A DNA stretch of 64,000 nt from Nageia nagi (Eukaryota > Plantae > Pinophyta). The stretch is from positions 126,046,001 through 126,110,000 of the forward strand of contig JBITNC010000001.1 of assembly GCA_050084985.1 (NCBI GenBank), written 5' to 3'. Below the pieces are notes generated by a model. It was not told the DNA's origin. It saw only the letters and a list, made by a program, of their open reading frames with translations, and did not search any database. Below, piece after piece: positions 51,901-64,000 of this stretch; positions within the stretch are counted from its first letter, which is position 1, and the number at the start of each line of letters is the position of its first letter. A program made the position numbers and the translations under genes.

Positions 51901-53474
51901 ATTCTTTATAGAGTGATGTTCTTATTTGTAAGGTATTTTTGTTCAAACATAAAAAAGTAAAAGCTTAATTCATCATTTGAAAATGATTGAACATTCATAC
52001 AACTTGTAAAAATAAATGTATTTATAATTTATGTTAAGGAAAGTGACTATATATTCATCCTTTTCCAATATTAAAGCCCCTACACATTTGAAAGAAACAT
52101 TCAAACTTAATTCTTGATAAATTTTACTTGTAGCATACTAAATTAAATAACTTTATAATGGATTTCATCAAGATATAACTTTTAGAAAATATTATGAGCT
52201 ATAAATCATTCTTGCATTGAAATCATTATTGTATTCAAAGTATACTAGCAAGTGTTAAACCAATATATAACACATTTGTATTACCATATTTGAAAAATAA
52301 AGGCAACTTTACATCAATGTTGTATCATTGTAGTATAATTCTATTCATTACAAAACTCGACCATCAAGATACATAGGTGAACTAATGCCCTTCAAAAACT
52401 ATTTTTAGTTACATTGTATTCATACCCAAAAACTAGAAACAACTTCTATTGTATTGTTTCTCATATGTACAAAATAAAAAGAGTATCATAAACTATTAAT
52501 AAGAGTTCAAAAACTACTTCTTCAACCCTAGTTTATGAGTTCACTCCCTGTTCTTAAACAAAATATGTAAGGGATGAGAAATGCATTCTCAATAAGGTGG
52601 TTTACATCCACTTTAGAGATACAAGTGATATAATAATTGTAAATGAAAAAATACACCTATTCAATGTATGCCTTCATTCATACTTCATGGAATAAACATT
52701 TTACAAATGTTAATTTATTGTTATGCTTAAATAATAATAATTTTACTCAATGCAAGTTTCCATCCATGCAATATAAAGTAAAGAATGTAACATGTATTCC
52801 AACAATAATCTACAGGTTTGTCAATTTAATGTTTGGTTAAGTTAAGAGGATTTCCAATCTAAGGTCAGGGTGTATTAAAATCCCATTCAAGATTCCCTCA
52901 CTATTAGTTTTTTTCCACTTCATTTAAGTTAGTAGGATCATCTAGTATCCTAATAGGTCTGATGACATGCTACATGTCAAAAAAGTATTATAAGTAAATA
53001 TGCAAGACACAACAACACAATACAAATATTTAGGTTTTCACATAATCTTATATATTTTGCAATGAGTTATTTAGTAAATAAAGAATAAGAATAATTTATA
53101 CTTTTCCTTGAAATGGAAATAGAAATATCTAAAAACCCCATTCATTCTTATGAGAAAAACTCAAAACATAGGGAATTTTTAATACTCATATGAATACAAG
53201 AGGAAACTATGAATACCATATAAATGTAACTAAGAGAAAAATTCCACTTACATGTAAGTAAAGAGGGAACCAGTCAAACCACCACGCTATTAGAATCAGG
53301 TCACATTGTCTAGGCATCCAAAATAACATAAACACCACTCCAATGACCATGATCGAGCTTCTAATGTCAGTTTCTTGCAACTATATCTTTTATCTCTTTC
53401 CTGCACCCTATGCTTCTAGAAAGTAATGTACTAGAACCCCCCAAGAATGTTAATCTAGTTTAACAAACAAGGTA
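51901..53474. repeat. ~1.6-kb repeat, direct copy of 60858-62500
   Basis: Colinear from ATTCTTT.TA.AGTGATGTT to TAACAAA.AAGGTA, with a few indels. No protein family recognised. Confidence 0.85.
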
Positions 53475-55059
53475 ATGACCTTCATACTAGAAGTTGATCT
53501 TTGAAAATTGGTTCATCTATAGTAGCTCCTTTGCTTACAATTTATGAGCGAATGAATATTGCACAATCTCAATGAATAAAATAATTTGGCCTTTAGATAA
53601 TCATTGATTCCACACTTCAACTTTATATTACTTTCAAATCCTTGAAGATTATTAAATAAATTCTCCCTCATCATTGAACTTATCTAATTTAGGTTCATTA
53701 TTCATTCCCATGAGAATATCATTTCTAATTTCTATGTTAAAGGGATTCAATTTATATTTTATGGTAAGAGAACCTTAATACTTTTATGAAATTAGGTGAA
53801 GTCAAGATTTCAACCTTGTAAAGTATTCAATGCTAATATTATAGGTAACATGAGTTCAAACCCTAGCATTGGTGCTACCGTTAGCATTGATACTTTTTTT
53901 ATCAAATGTTTGATCATTATTCATTTTATTTTATGCTTTATTTTATGTCTTTATATGAGCATAAATATGCATATGAACTTTCATAGAAATATTCTTTATA
54001 TATATCATACTCACAAAATATATAATCAAATACATACAAGAAGCTTTAGTTTCTTTCTTAAAGAAAAAATGTGACCTATTTGAAAAGCAAGTATTCCAAC
54101 ACTAATTGAGAGATGGATATACTAAGGTACACACCAATATATTGAATGCTTTTAGTGATCCCTAAGAATAACCTAGGTAGAAACTAAAGTAACAATCATA
54201 TTTAATTATGGTTAATATATCTAATAATAACAATGAAATAATAGTAGATAATAATAATCTAAAGTACGTAACACATATAAATATATATTAATAACTTCTT
54301 ATATTATTAAATCAAATCTAATGAAAACTTACAGTGTTGAGAAAGAGATTCAAAAAGATAAATAGCTATCGCTTTAATTGGGTACTATGTAAATTACAAC
54401 TTATCAAGAATGTAGTTATTAGAATGTGAATCTTTTACACAAATGTTATAAAGTGGCTCACATTTATGTTAGCATATGTGCCCATGCTAGGGATTGGTAT
54501 TCAAAATTAAGAAAACATCCATGTTATAATCCTTGCAATTTAGTTTTCATAATCAATATCCAATCATATTATAATGATTGAAAAACCTAATCTAGCATGT
54601 AATAATGAATAGGAAAATGATAAAGCTCATGTGATAATTAAATTTCAAACTCAATAGGTAGTGTTGAATAATATCTTAAAGTAGTAGTTGAGCATGAATA
54701 TTAGGACAAATATGTGATTACCTCCTTATGTAGATCAATCCTCCATTTATAAGCAAGTAATATATTAATATGCATGCCTAGAAGCACAAGAAAAGATAAA
54801 CATATATGAGAAGACATTTGTAGCAACCGATCATAAGATATAATACATAATTATCTTATATAAAGTTGAACCTAATAAACTTAAACCTAAAGGTGAATAA
54901 AATTAAGTGTCAACAATTTCCTTATGAGTTTTACAAGATATTTGAAGATATGATTGGTTAATATTTACTTAGAGTTTATTGAAAAGCTATTCTCTTTCAC
55001 TCTTTAGGTAAAATTATAATTAAATGAAGCACTAAGTTTATCCATAAGTAAGGATATAC

Positions 55060-56259
55060 AAAGTTGATGAGTAGTTGGTATCTTGTTAAGCTTCTTAATA
55101 TCAATTATAATATTATTGATAAAGATATTTCTCTTTACCTTCAAGCCTTGTACATCTAATTGGTTATCCAAAATTAACTAGTTTTGTTCCAAACACTTTA
55201 TCTTGGATAATGTCATTATTGTTAGGGAGGGGTTAGAGCAAGCCAGATTATCACATTAAAATCCCATATGCATTAAAATATGTTTAAAAAATCCTTATGA
55301 TCCTATTGAGTTGAATTTCATTTATTTTATGCTTCATTCTTTTATATTTGGATCACATTTTATTTAATCTATTAAAATACTCCTTTTTAAATATTCAACA
55401 ACTTCTAATCTTAATAACACCCAATTTATAGTAATTAGATCATTTCAAAATATTTATTAAGATTATCACTTAGTTCCTTTATATGTGTTAGCTTATGAAG
55501 CTTTTGGTTATTTGCTTACCTATAAATCCCTACATGGTTTAGTTAGAGGCATTTATTTTCCTCTATTGAATAATAATTTGAATATTGGTTTACTAAAAAA
55601 CTCATTTTAGTAAAAAATATCAATTTTGTTCCAAGGTGCTTTCCATTACATATGTTTACCATTATTTATATTGGGTTGTATCTCATAATTGATATAACAA
55701 AATTGAAAATATTATTCATGAATTTATTTGATTTGAATCATTAATGAAGGAATAATTTCATAGGGTAGCTTAGGATGTGTTTTATCTCCACACACCTATA
55801 GAAAAAATGGGACTTTTGGATTGCAAGAGATAAAATATAACTCTATATTAAATTGATAGTTCATTTGTAGTAAAAGAAAATGAGACCTAGAAAATTCTTC
55901 TTATACATCTTCTTTCTATAGGTTATGCATTCAATCATTTAGTTTTAAGAGCAATGAACTTTTTTTCTTTCTATCTAGCCCCTATTCCTATAAACAATTA
56001 GACCCTTTTATTGTGGAGAAACAATGGTAAGCCTAGGAGAAAATTAAACCTTGGTTGTTTTGGAAAGCTGATAGTATTTGTAAAGGATTATCCATGAATA
56101 ATTTAAATTTGTTTATGTCCTATATATTTATACATTATGTGAATCCTCTTTCTTTTTTACATTGGGTACATGCTAAAAATCTCTATATAATGGGCATTTT
56201 TATAGTGATGGACTTTTACTGCCATCAAAAAAGAGATTGGATTCCCTACACATAGTTTG

Positions 56260-56346
<87 letters not shown>

Positions 56347-56600
56347 ACAATACTAATGATATTATTATTGCTTCTACAACTCTATCCAATTGGTAAAAAT
56401 TCAATTTAGGTAATAAAAATTTTGATGGATTGAATGGGGTTACTATTTTCATGCTTCTTTTTATATTATAAACACATGAAAGGTTATTCTTAGGTTTCAT
56501 AATATTTTCTTATTATACATAAGTTAAATGAAAAATATAACCTTTTTTAATTTAAAACTAAATGGTGTGTAAGATATGATACAAACTGGAGATCTTTTCT
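55060..56600 (+). mobile_element. Decayed LINE ORF2 reverse-transcriptase remnant
   Basis: SSWYLVKLLNINYNIIDK (cf. WRPITLLN..YKI.AK), FILDNVIIVREGLE, KSYDPIE (cf. KAYDRIEW) and YVLAYEAFGYLL occur in RT order. Interrupted by (TA)40. Confidence 0.6.
56261..56340. repeat. (TA)40 microsatellite
   Basis: Read directly from the sequence. Confidence 0.98.
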
Positions 56601-59192
56601 TACATGGAGAGCCTTCATTGTAAGAACCTCCATGTTGAATACAACTTGTGCACTTATGTGTTGCATATTACAAATTTTCTTTTTGATATGAAATCAAGTC
56701 TTATTAGTCTTTATATTTCATGAAATACCCATTTAAGTAGTACTTGTGACTATAACCTTGTGACCACCCTCTAGGGTTGTATCCTAAAATACTTTTGAAT
56801 CTAAAATTTCTTATATGAATGCAATATAATTATGTAATATTGATTCCATGGTGTGTACAAAATCTTTCTTTGATATCTAGTGCCATATGTGTGTAGTCAT
56901 TTTATAGGAATGGGAGTGTAGTTTTAGAGATTATCTATTAATGAAGGTTACTTGGGTGATATATTAGTTGTTTACCAATACTATCTTCGACTTCATGATT
57001 GAATATAAGGACTCAAAATTTCATTTCACTTCTATTACTAATTTGGTAAGGGACTTACCCTACATTTGGCTTAAGTGGTTGGGTATTTTACATTAGGGTT
57101 TGTGTTAATTACTTAAATGTATAATCATTTAGGTTTTTCTATGTTGTTGGTAAAATTTACATTAAGATTTTAATAGAATTGTGTTTGCATGTATTACAAG
57201 TTCATGGTATTCTAGTGGGTATTCATTTGGATGCATAAGGATTCCATTATTTTCTTATTTTATTTATTATAGTTAACAACCATAGAATTAAACTGATAAT
57301 TCATGGAAGAATTACTTTATTATTGATAGTATACATATCTTATCACTATTGCATTGGAGAATCAATTGAGATATATGTATTATTATTAATAAGTTACATG
57401 TTTTATTAGAAAATTATTTCAAATTAAATGCTTTATTTGGTTAATTATTTATATCATCCTTTTTATTCAAATTTTTAAAGTTTTACCCAAATTTTATTGA
57501 ATTCATTAACTAGTTCATTTTTTTTTAACTTGTAGGAATTATTTAACTTTACTTTTGATTTATTTTCCATTTTATATTTTTCTTGAAATATCTTTAGCAA
57601 TGAATTAATCTATCAACACTTCCATTAACTAAATATTAATTTTATTTCAATGTATCTCTAATAATACTAAACAAAAAAACTTGGCTAAGAAACTATTATC
57701 ACATGGATATAAAAGGGCTTAATTCTTAAAAATCATAAATGAATAATAAGATTATCCATTTAATTGAATTTAGCAAACTAAATTTTTGTTTTTCTATTAC
57801 ACCTTATTTATTAGATCTTATTCCAAAATGGATTATATTCTTTAATCTCTTCTTTTGAGCTATTTTCTTCTATTATATTCTTCAACCAATTTGGTTAGTT
57901 TTTCTAATTGTTATCTTTCAAATTTGTTAAGTTCATCACTTAGTGTTCATGGTAGTTATGGATATGGAACCTTCAAATTTATTTGTTTACATGTTCAAGG
58001 TATCTCATTCATTTCTTTCATCCCTTTATCATGATACTTTATTGGTAAGTTTTGAAATATTTATATTCTTGAAAAACATTCAATGATCATATCGCTAAGG
58101 ACATCATACACAATATCATATTTTCTATAAAATGAGGATTCATTAAATTATATCAAGAACAATAATTTTTATCATATCAACTTGAACTTTATATTCTTCT
58201 AAAACCTTCAATATATTAACCAATCAAGGTTTCTTTCTTTTTCTTATTAGTTATAGTTTCTTTTATATTTTAATTTGATTTTTATTCATGAAGCTCTTGC
58301 TTATTAATCATTTTTAACACCAACATTAATTATGTCTTCTTCATTACAATATTTTTCATATTCATAATCTTTAAATTTAATTTATCTTTATCGAGATGAC
58401 TTTCCTCTCTAATTTTTCATCCATTCTACACATTTTTCAAATTCTTTATTTGTGAGATGTTCCCATAGAAATATTGATGCATCCAATTTGGATTTATCAC
58501 CAAAATATAAGCTTTAAATTAAACCAATGGGATCATGAAAATTATACTAACATGAAGCTTATGTGATATTCTATTGTATATGAAAGTTTGATAATCTCAA
58601 TGCAACATCATATGGAAAAAAAATATATCATCCATAAATGCATGGGATTTATGAAGAACATATAAAATTATTATCTTCTACATGTATATACTTTATAGAT
58701 ATTTCCATGATGGAATCTTTTAAGAAAAATGTGGATCTAGATCATGCAAGGATTTAAATAAATCCTAGTAAATAAGATTATTTGACCAAACACTCAGAAT
58801 CCCATACCCATAAATCCAACTTATTTCAAGATCCTTCTTCAAATTGCCATAAAAAATATGTAAATTCTTAAGATGATCCTTTTGTAAACCTTTCCATAAC
58901 TTTACAAAATTCACTTGTTATGGTTTTATAGATTATGGGTATTCTTTATCTAAATTTGGAATAGCTTTCTAAATTCATCTTTCAGATCCTTTGAAATCTA
59001 AATCAATCTAAATTATAAAATTATATTAATAAGAGTAAAATATAAAAAAGGAAATTTATTATCTTTATATTTTTTTAAAATACATGATTAATAACTACAT
59101 ATAATATCATATTAAGTAACTTATATATGATGCAAAATTTATTGGAATTTACTAATTAATAATATTATTTACATTCCAAATATATCTTGTCA

Positions 59193-59797
59193 GGGATAGT
59201 GTAAGAAGTAGGGTCCACTTTATGGAGAAAAAGTTAAAGTGTTCCTTGATTTTCATGTTTAGTCACACTTTATCTTAAAATTTGAAGTACTTAGATGTGG
59301 AGTCTTGAAAAAGTTCACTAAGGTGAAAATGTAGTGCGTAAAGTCTAGTTTTGAAATATGTAATTTATTCTAATACCTAGATATTAATAATTAAATTTTG
59401 ATAGGGATAAGAAGAAACCACTTTTAAAAATAAACTATTTTAGGACCTAAATTAAATATTTTTTTTAAATCCTTTTGAGAAAATACAACTAATACATTGA
59501 AGCTTTTCCTAGAAAATTTTTTATAATTTTTTCATGAATATTTATTATATTATTAATTTTTATTTTTTGTGATTGTTATTTCGAAAACTACTTGTGTCCA
59601 ACATGCATAACTTGACCTAAACTTATTAATTTTTTTTAAAATTTTATATAGAATTATCTATATCTTGTCCTCATATGTTTTATTTTTAAAAATTTATAAA
59701 AAATAAATAAATAAATAAAAAATAATAATTTAACAATTATTGTTATCTTCTAGTAAGACATCCTCTTTATTTGGACTCATCTTCTTGCACCCACCCA
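59193..59797. mobile_element. ~605-bp MITE with GGG-starting imperfect TIRs and 3-bp TSD (TCA), PIF/Harbinger-Tourist-like
   Basis: The empty site is visible in the paralog at ~20744-20758 (TATCTTG-TCA-AATCATA). TCA flanks the insert at 59190-59192 and 59798-59800. The 5' end GGGATAGTGTAAGAAGTAGGGTCCA aligns with the reverse-complemented 3' end GGGTGGGTGCAAGAAGATGAGTCCA. Confidence 0.8.
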
Positions 59798-59874
59798 TCA
59801 AATCATAAAATATATTGTTACATGTATGTAGGTGCATAAAAAAGATTTTTTTACTTATTCTAAAATCATATTAT

Positions 59875-60210
59875 TATTGGAGAATACAACAAAGAGTGTT
59901 TTCATTAATTAAGAAGATGGGTTTAAATACAATATTGGGAGTATTTTCATATAATAATGAAATAACCACCATGATATGAAACCCTAATGTACATTAGTGA
60001 TAATACTAATGTATATTATTATTTATTTATCTAATGTGTTATTAATAAAATCCCTTGATAATACATTAGGTCTTCAGAGAACATGAGAGGAAGCTCTAAA
60101 AATATTCAAACCTTTAATTGTATAGAGATTTGGTGAAGATATCTGAAATGTGCTTCTTCATGGAAATGTAATGGAGTTGAACGTTGTGCACTAAAACATG
60201 GTCATGGATT
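59875..60210 (-). mobile_element. Copia 3'-end fragment (RNaseH C-terminus + short LTR-like part)
   Basis: The minus strand gives LHYISMKKHISDIFTKSL...FEYF, resembling the copia ADIFTK motif. The segment is absent from the paralogous region at ~20.8 kb. Confidence 0.5.
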
Positions 60211-62501
60211 AAACACACCTAGAAAAAGTTAATTATTTAAATCTACTTATTTACTAGACATAATGCTACTTTATTTATGCTTTTATATATTATGGTGTTG
60301 ATATAAATGTATACGTGATTCCCAAAATCAATAACCTTGGTTTACATAATCTATTACATAAGGATCAATAATATATAATTAGAGAATCCTTTAACATAAT
60401 ATTGTAAGTTCATGTGAGCTAAATACACATCTTTACTATAATGTTTAGAAAATTATTTAATATCCGACCTATTTCTCACCCTTTTTGGCCATTTAGAGGA
60501 TGATGATCTCTTTCATGATTTAACATTTTTATATTTAAAGTACAAACATAAATCATTTTATTATTTATATAAATTTTAATTTACTATAATAATACATATT
60601 TATATATATTTCCTTTTCTCTATAATAATATTTTATTATAGAAAAAATATGAGTTTTTAAGAGAAGCAATACATCCACTAAGCACTTAAATAATAATAAT
60701 TTTCTATTCAAGAGGATTTCGATGATGGAATGGATTTGTATATATTTGTTATAATAAAATCATCCAAATTTATCATGAGCATTGATAATAATATATTTAT
60801 ATATCTATATACACCTATTCAACATATCTCAAAAGTATAAAATCAATTTCATATCATATTCTTTCTAAAGTGATGTTTTAACTTGTAAGGTATTTTTATT
60901 CAAACATAAAATAGTAAAAGCTTCATTCATCATTTAAAAATGATTGAATAGTTATACAACTTGTACAGACAAATGTATTCAAAATTTATGTTAAGGAGAG
61001 TGACTATAGACTCAACTTTGTCCAATTTTACCCCTACACATTTGAAAGAAATATTCAAACTTACATCCTGATCCATTTTACTTGCATCATACTAAATTAA
61101 ATTCCTTACATTCACTCATCTAAGTTTTAGACTAACATAATATCACACAGAATTTCTAGAATATGTTCCTTTTTCCAAAAACCAAGTTAAGATCCCATTT
61201 GTAACATCTTTTACATACTCTTTCAAACATTATAATGGATTTTAACAAGATATACCTTACAGAAAATATTATGAGCTATAAATCGTTCTTACATTCAAAG
61301 TATACTAGTGAGTGTTAAATTTACATATAACACATTTGTATTACCATGTGTGATAAATAAAAGAAATATTACATTAATTTCATATCATTCTAGTATTAGT
61401 CTATTCATTTCAAAACTTGACCATCAAGATACCTAGGCCAACTAATTCCCTTCAAAACTAGAAATAACATATATTGTATTATTTCTCATATGTACAAAAT
61501 AAAAAGACTATAATAAGCTATTAATAAAAGTCCAAAAGATACTTCTTCAACTCTAGTTCATGGATTCACTCCTTGTTCTTAAACAAAACATGTAAGGGAT
61601 GAGAAATACATTCTTAATACGAGGGTTTACACCCACATTAGAGATGCAAGTTACATGGTAATTGTAAATGAAAAAATACATCTATTCAATAATGCCTTCA
61701 TCCATACTTCATAAAATAAACATTTTGGAAATGTTAATTTCCTTTTATGCTTAAAGAATAATAATTTTACTCAATGCAAGTTTTCTACCATGCAATATAA
61801 AGTAAAAAATGTAACATGCAGTCCTAAAATAATCTATAGGTTTATCAATTTACAATTTGGTTGGGTTAAGAGGATTTCTAATCTAAGGTTGGGTTATCTT
61901 AAACTCCCATTCGAGATTCCCTAATTGTTAAGTTTTTTTCTCGCTTGATTTAAGTTAGTAGGATCATGTAGTCTCCTAATAGGTTTGATGACATGCTACA
62001 TGTCAAAAAAGTATTATAAGTAAATATGCAAGATAAAATAAGACAATGCAAATATTTTATTTTTCAAATTATCCTATATATTTCACAATGTGTTATTTAG
62101 TAAAATAGGAAAAATAATGTATTATAATTTTCTTTTAAATAAAAATAGATAATATCTAGAACCCCATTCATTCTTATGAGATATACTCAAACCATAATGC
62201 AATTGTAATACTCATATTAATGCAAGATGAAACTATGAATACCTTATAAATGTAACAAAGAGCAAAATACCACTTACAGGTAAGTAAATATGGAACCAAT
62301 CAAACCCCCATAATGTTGGAATTAGGTCACATTATCTAGGCATCCAATATAACACAAACACCACTCCAAAATACCATGTTCCAACTTCTAGTATTATTTT
62401 CCTGTACTTATATCTTTTATCTCTTTCCTACACCCTACCCTTCCAAAAAGTAGTGTACTGGAATCTCTCTTGAAGGGAATATGGGCTAACAAATAAGGTA
62501 C

Positions 62502-64000
62502 TGTATATTCATACATAATAAATTCTTTATTAAAGCCCCGGTATACTTTACTTGCAATCATGGGTTCATTTTAAGATCCCCAGGAGTTTTTCTGGAGCAA
62601 ACAAAACAGGCCGGAGTCCGGAAGTAAAGCATTCCGGAATTAGATGATGACGTCACAGAGGATAAGATAGTCGCATTTTGGTAAAGATCGGAGATGATGA
62701 TGTCAGCAAGGGGTGATTAAAAGACCAGAGTCAGTGGATAAAGCATTCCGGAATGAGATGATAAAAGCTCAGTTGTGGAAAGGCCCGGGTTCCAGAGAAA
62801 GCAAGTAAAACATTTTTGGAAGGAGAAGATGACATCACGGGTAGAATAATGTTTACATTTTTGAAGGAAACCGGGTTCTGGAGATGATGAGGTCAGCGAT
62901 TCCGAGCCTTGACCCAAAACCGGAGCTCGAAAGTGATGAGGTCAGCAAGAGATAATCAAAGAAGCCGGAGCCGGTAGCTTAAGTGTTCCAGAAGTAAAGC
63001 ATTCCGGATAAAATGATGACATCACGACGGAAAGGATAAAGCTCAGTTTTGATAAATAACGGGTTCTGAAGATGATGAGGTCAGCAAGAGATAATCAAAG
63101 AAGCCAGAGCCGATTAAGTAGAGCATTCTGGAAATGTGAAGATGACATCACGAATTCCGGGCCTTAACCCAAAACCAGATCCCGGAAGCGATGAGGGCTG
63201 CAAAAAGTGATCAAATAGCCGAATCCAGTGAGTAAAATATTCTGAAATGTAGAGACGAAGCCAACAAAAGGTCAGATCACAGTTGTCAAGAAGCGTATCA
63301 TCTGCAATCTCCCATTTTTGTAATATTCTGCCAAGTGGCATATGTAGGTAGTATCAGTTAAAAGAAGGCTAGGATCTTGAAGCTGTTTTTGTAACCGTTT
63401 CTATTCTGCACTTCTTGTAACTGTAGTTACTACAGTATAAATATATGAAAATAAAGTGAGAAAAGGGTCAGAAGCCTAGTATTGCTCTTTACATTTATTC
63501 TCGAAGACCTGTAGTTTTTATCAGTAATATGAAACCATCTTGACCTTTCTTATCTAGCACTCGTAATTGTCATTCTTAATTTGGTTACATCGTGGCAGCT
63601 TGGCTTGTTTCCTGAATGATAATTGCGGGTTGCTAGTATAACTGTGTCTGCTACGTGGTAGAGTAAAGCTGGGAAACTATTAGAGAGTGAGAGCTTGTAC
63701 CGTAGCTGCTACACTAGATTCAGGCCAAGGTTTCACACACTGTGAAAGCCTGCGCTAAACTAGTGATCCACCTTTGCTTTCTCTCTTGTTACCCTAAGCC
63801 TTTTTGCTTAAATTCCTCGCACTCTACTCCTTTTATTTCTTTCCTATTACCCTAACCCTTTTGCTTGAGTTCCTCGCACTCTACTCTTTTATTTCCTTTC
63901 CTGTTACTTTTTCTATGCCCAATAGATAAGGAACCGACCGTCTCCAGAGATCAGACTGTCACTATAGTCTGTTCATGATTTACTTTGGTTAAGATTGCTC
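62502..64000 (+). mobile_element. Young, CpG-rich LTR-like sequence (U3 motif array, TATA box, tandem repeat), running off the window
   Basis: Begins with TG right where homology to 53474 stops, with an abrupt rise in GC, CpG and CCGG. Repeated GATGA(C/G/T)RTCA units span 62643-63200. TATAAATA lies at ~63437 and a 58-bp tandem repeat at 63789/63847. No partner LTR or coding region is in the window. Confidence 0.65.

Larger units (their letters stand above)
57330..62500 (-). repeat. Repeat family X, copy 3: composite of homologs of 18860-22287 and 51901-53474, with MITE and copia insertions
   Basis: Blockwise alignment to both regions. The switch point is ATTCT at 60858-60862. Confidence 0.75.

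Noticed and set aside
62590-63290. CRISPR-like repeat-spacer appearance
   Set aside because: The repeats are short and degenerate, the spacers are related to each other, there are no cas genes, and the context is eukaryotic.

Overview
Very AT-rich, CpG-depleted land-plant nuclear DNA. A large gymnosperm-type genome is an inference from composition and from the receptor's C-terminal tail. The only clearly intact protein-coding gene is a single-exon LRR receptor-like protein (RLP; 795 aa, minus strand, 25632-28019; about 19 LRRs + island domain + 4 LRRs, GxxxG transmembrane helix, no kinase). A W-box-containing block upstream of it occurs twice. The left part holds host-gene relics: a thioredoxin-like exon fragment, a stop-riddled MCTP/FTIP-family C2 fragment, and two intronless, disabled SR34/SF2-type splicing-factor copies. 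The rest is decayed transposons. These include a resolvable three-level nest: a Ty1/copia with CTAAC TSD inside the 5' LTR of a chromodomain Ty3/gypsy, itself inside the gag of an older gypsy. There are also LINE remnants, two members of a ~600-bp MITE family, a multi-copy gag-bearing repeat family with a microhomology junction, and a young CpG-rich LTR-like sequence with a bZIP-motif array at the right edge. I see no convincing novel multi-gene system. The best leads are the inferred intact SR retrogene elsewhere, the gene-fragment cluster, the ATTCT junction spanning the RLP locus, the duplicated RLP promoter core and the TE-borne cis-element arrays.
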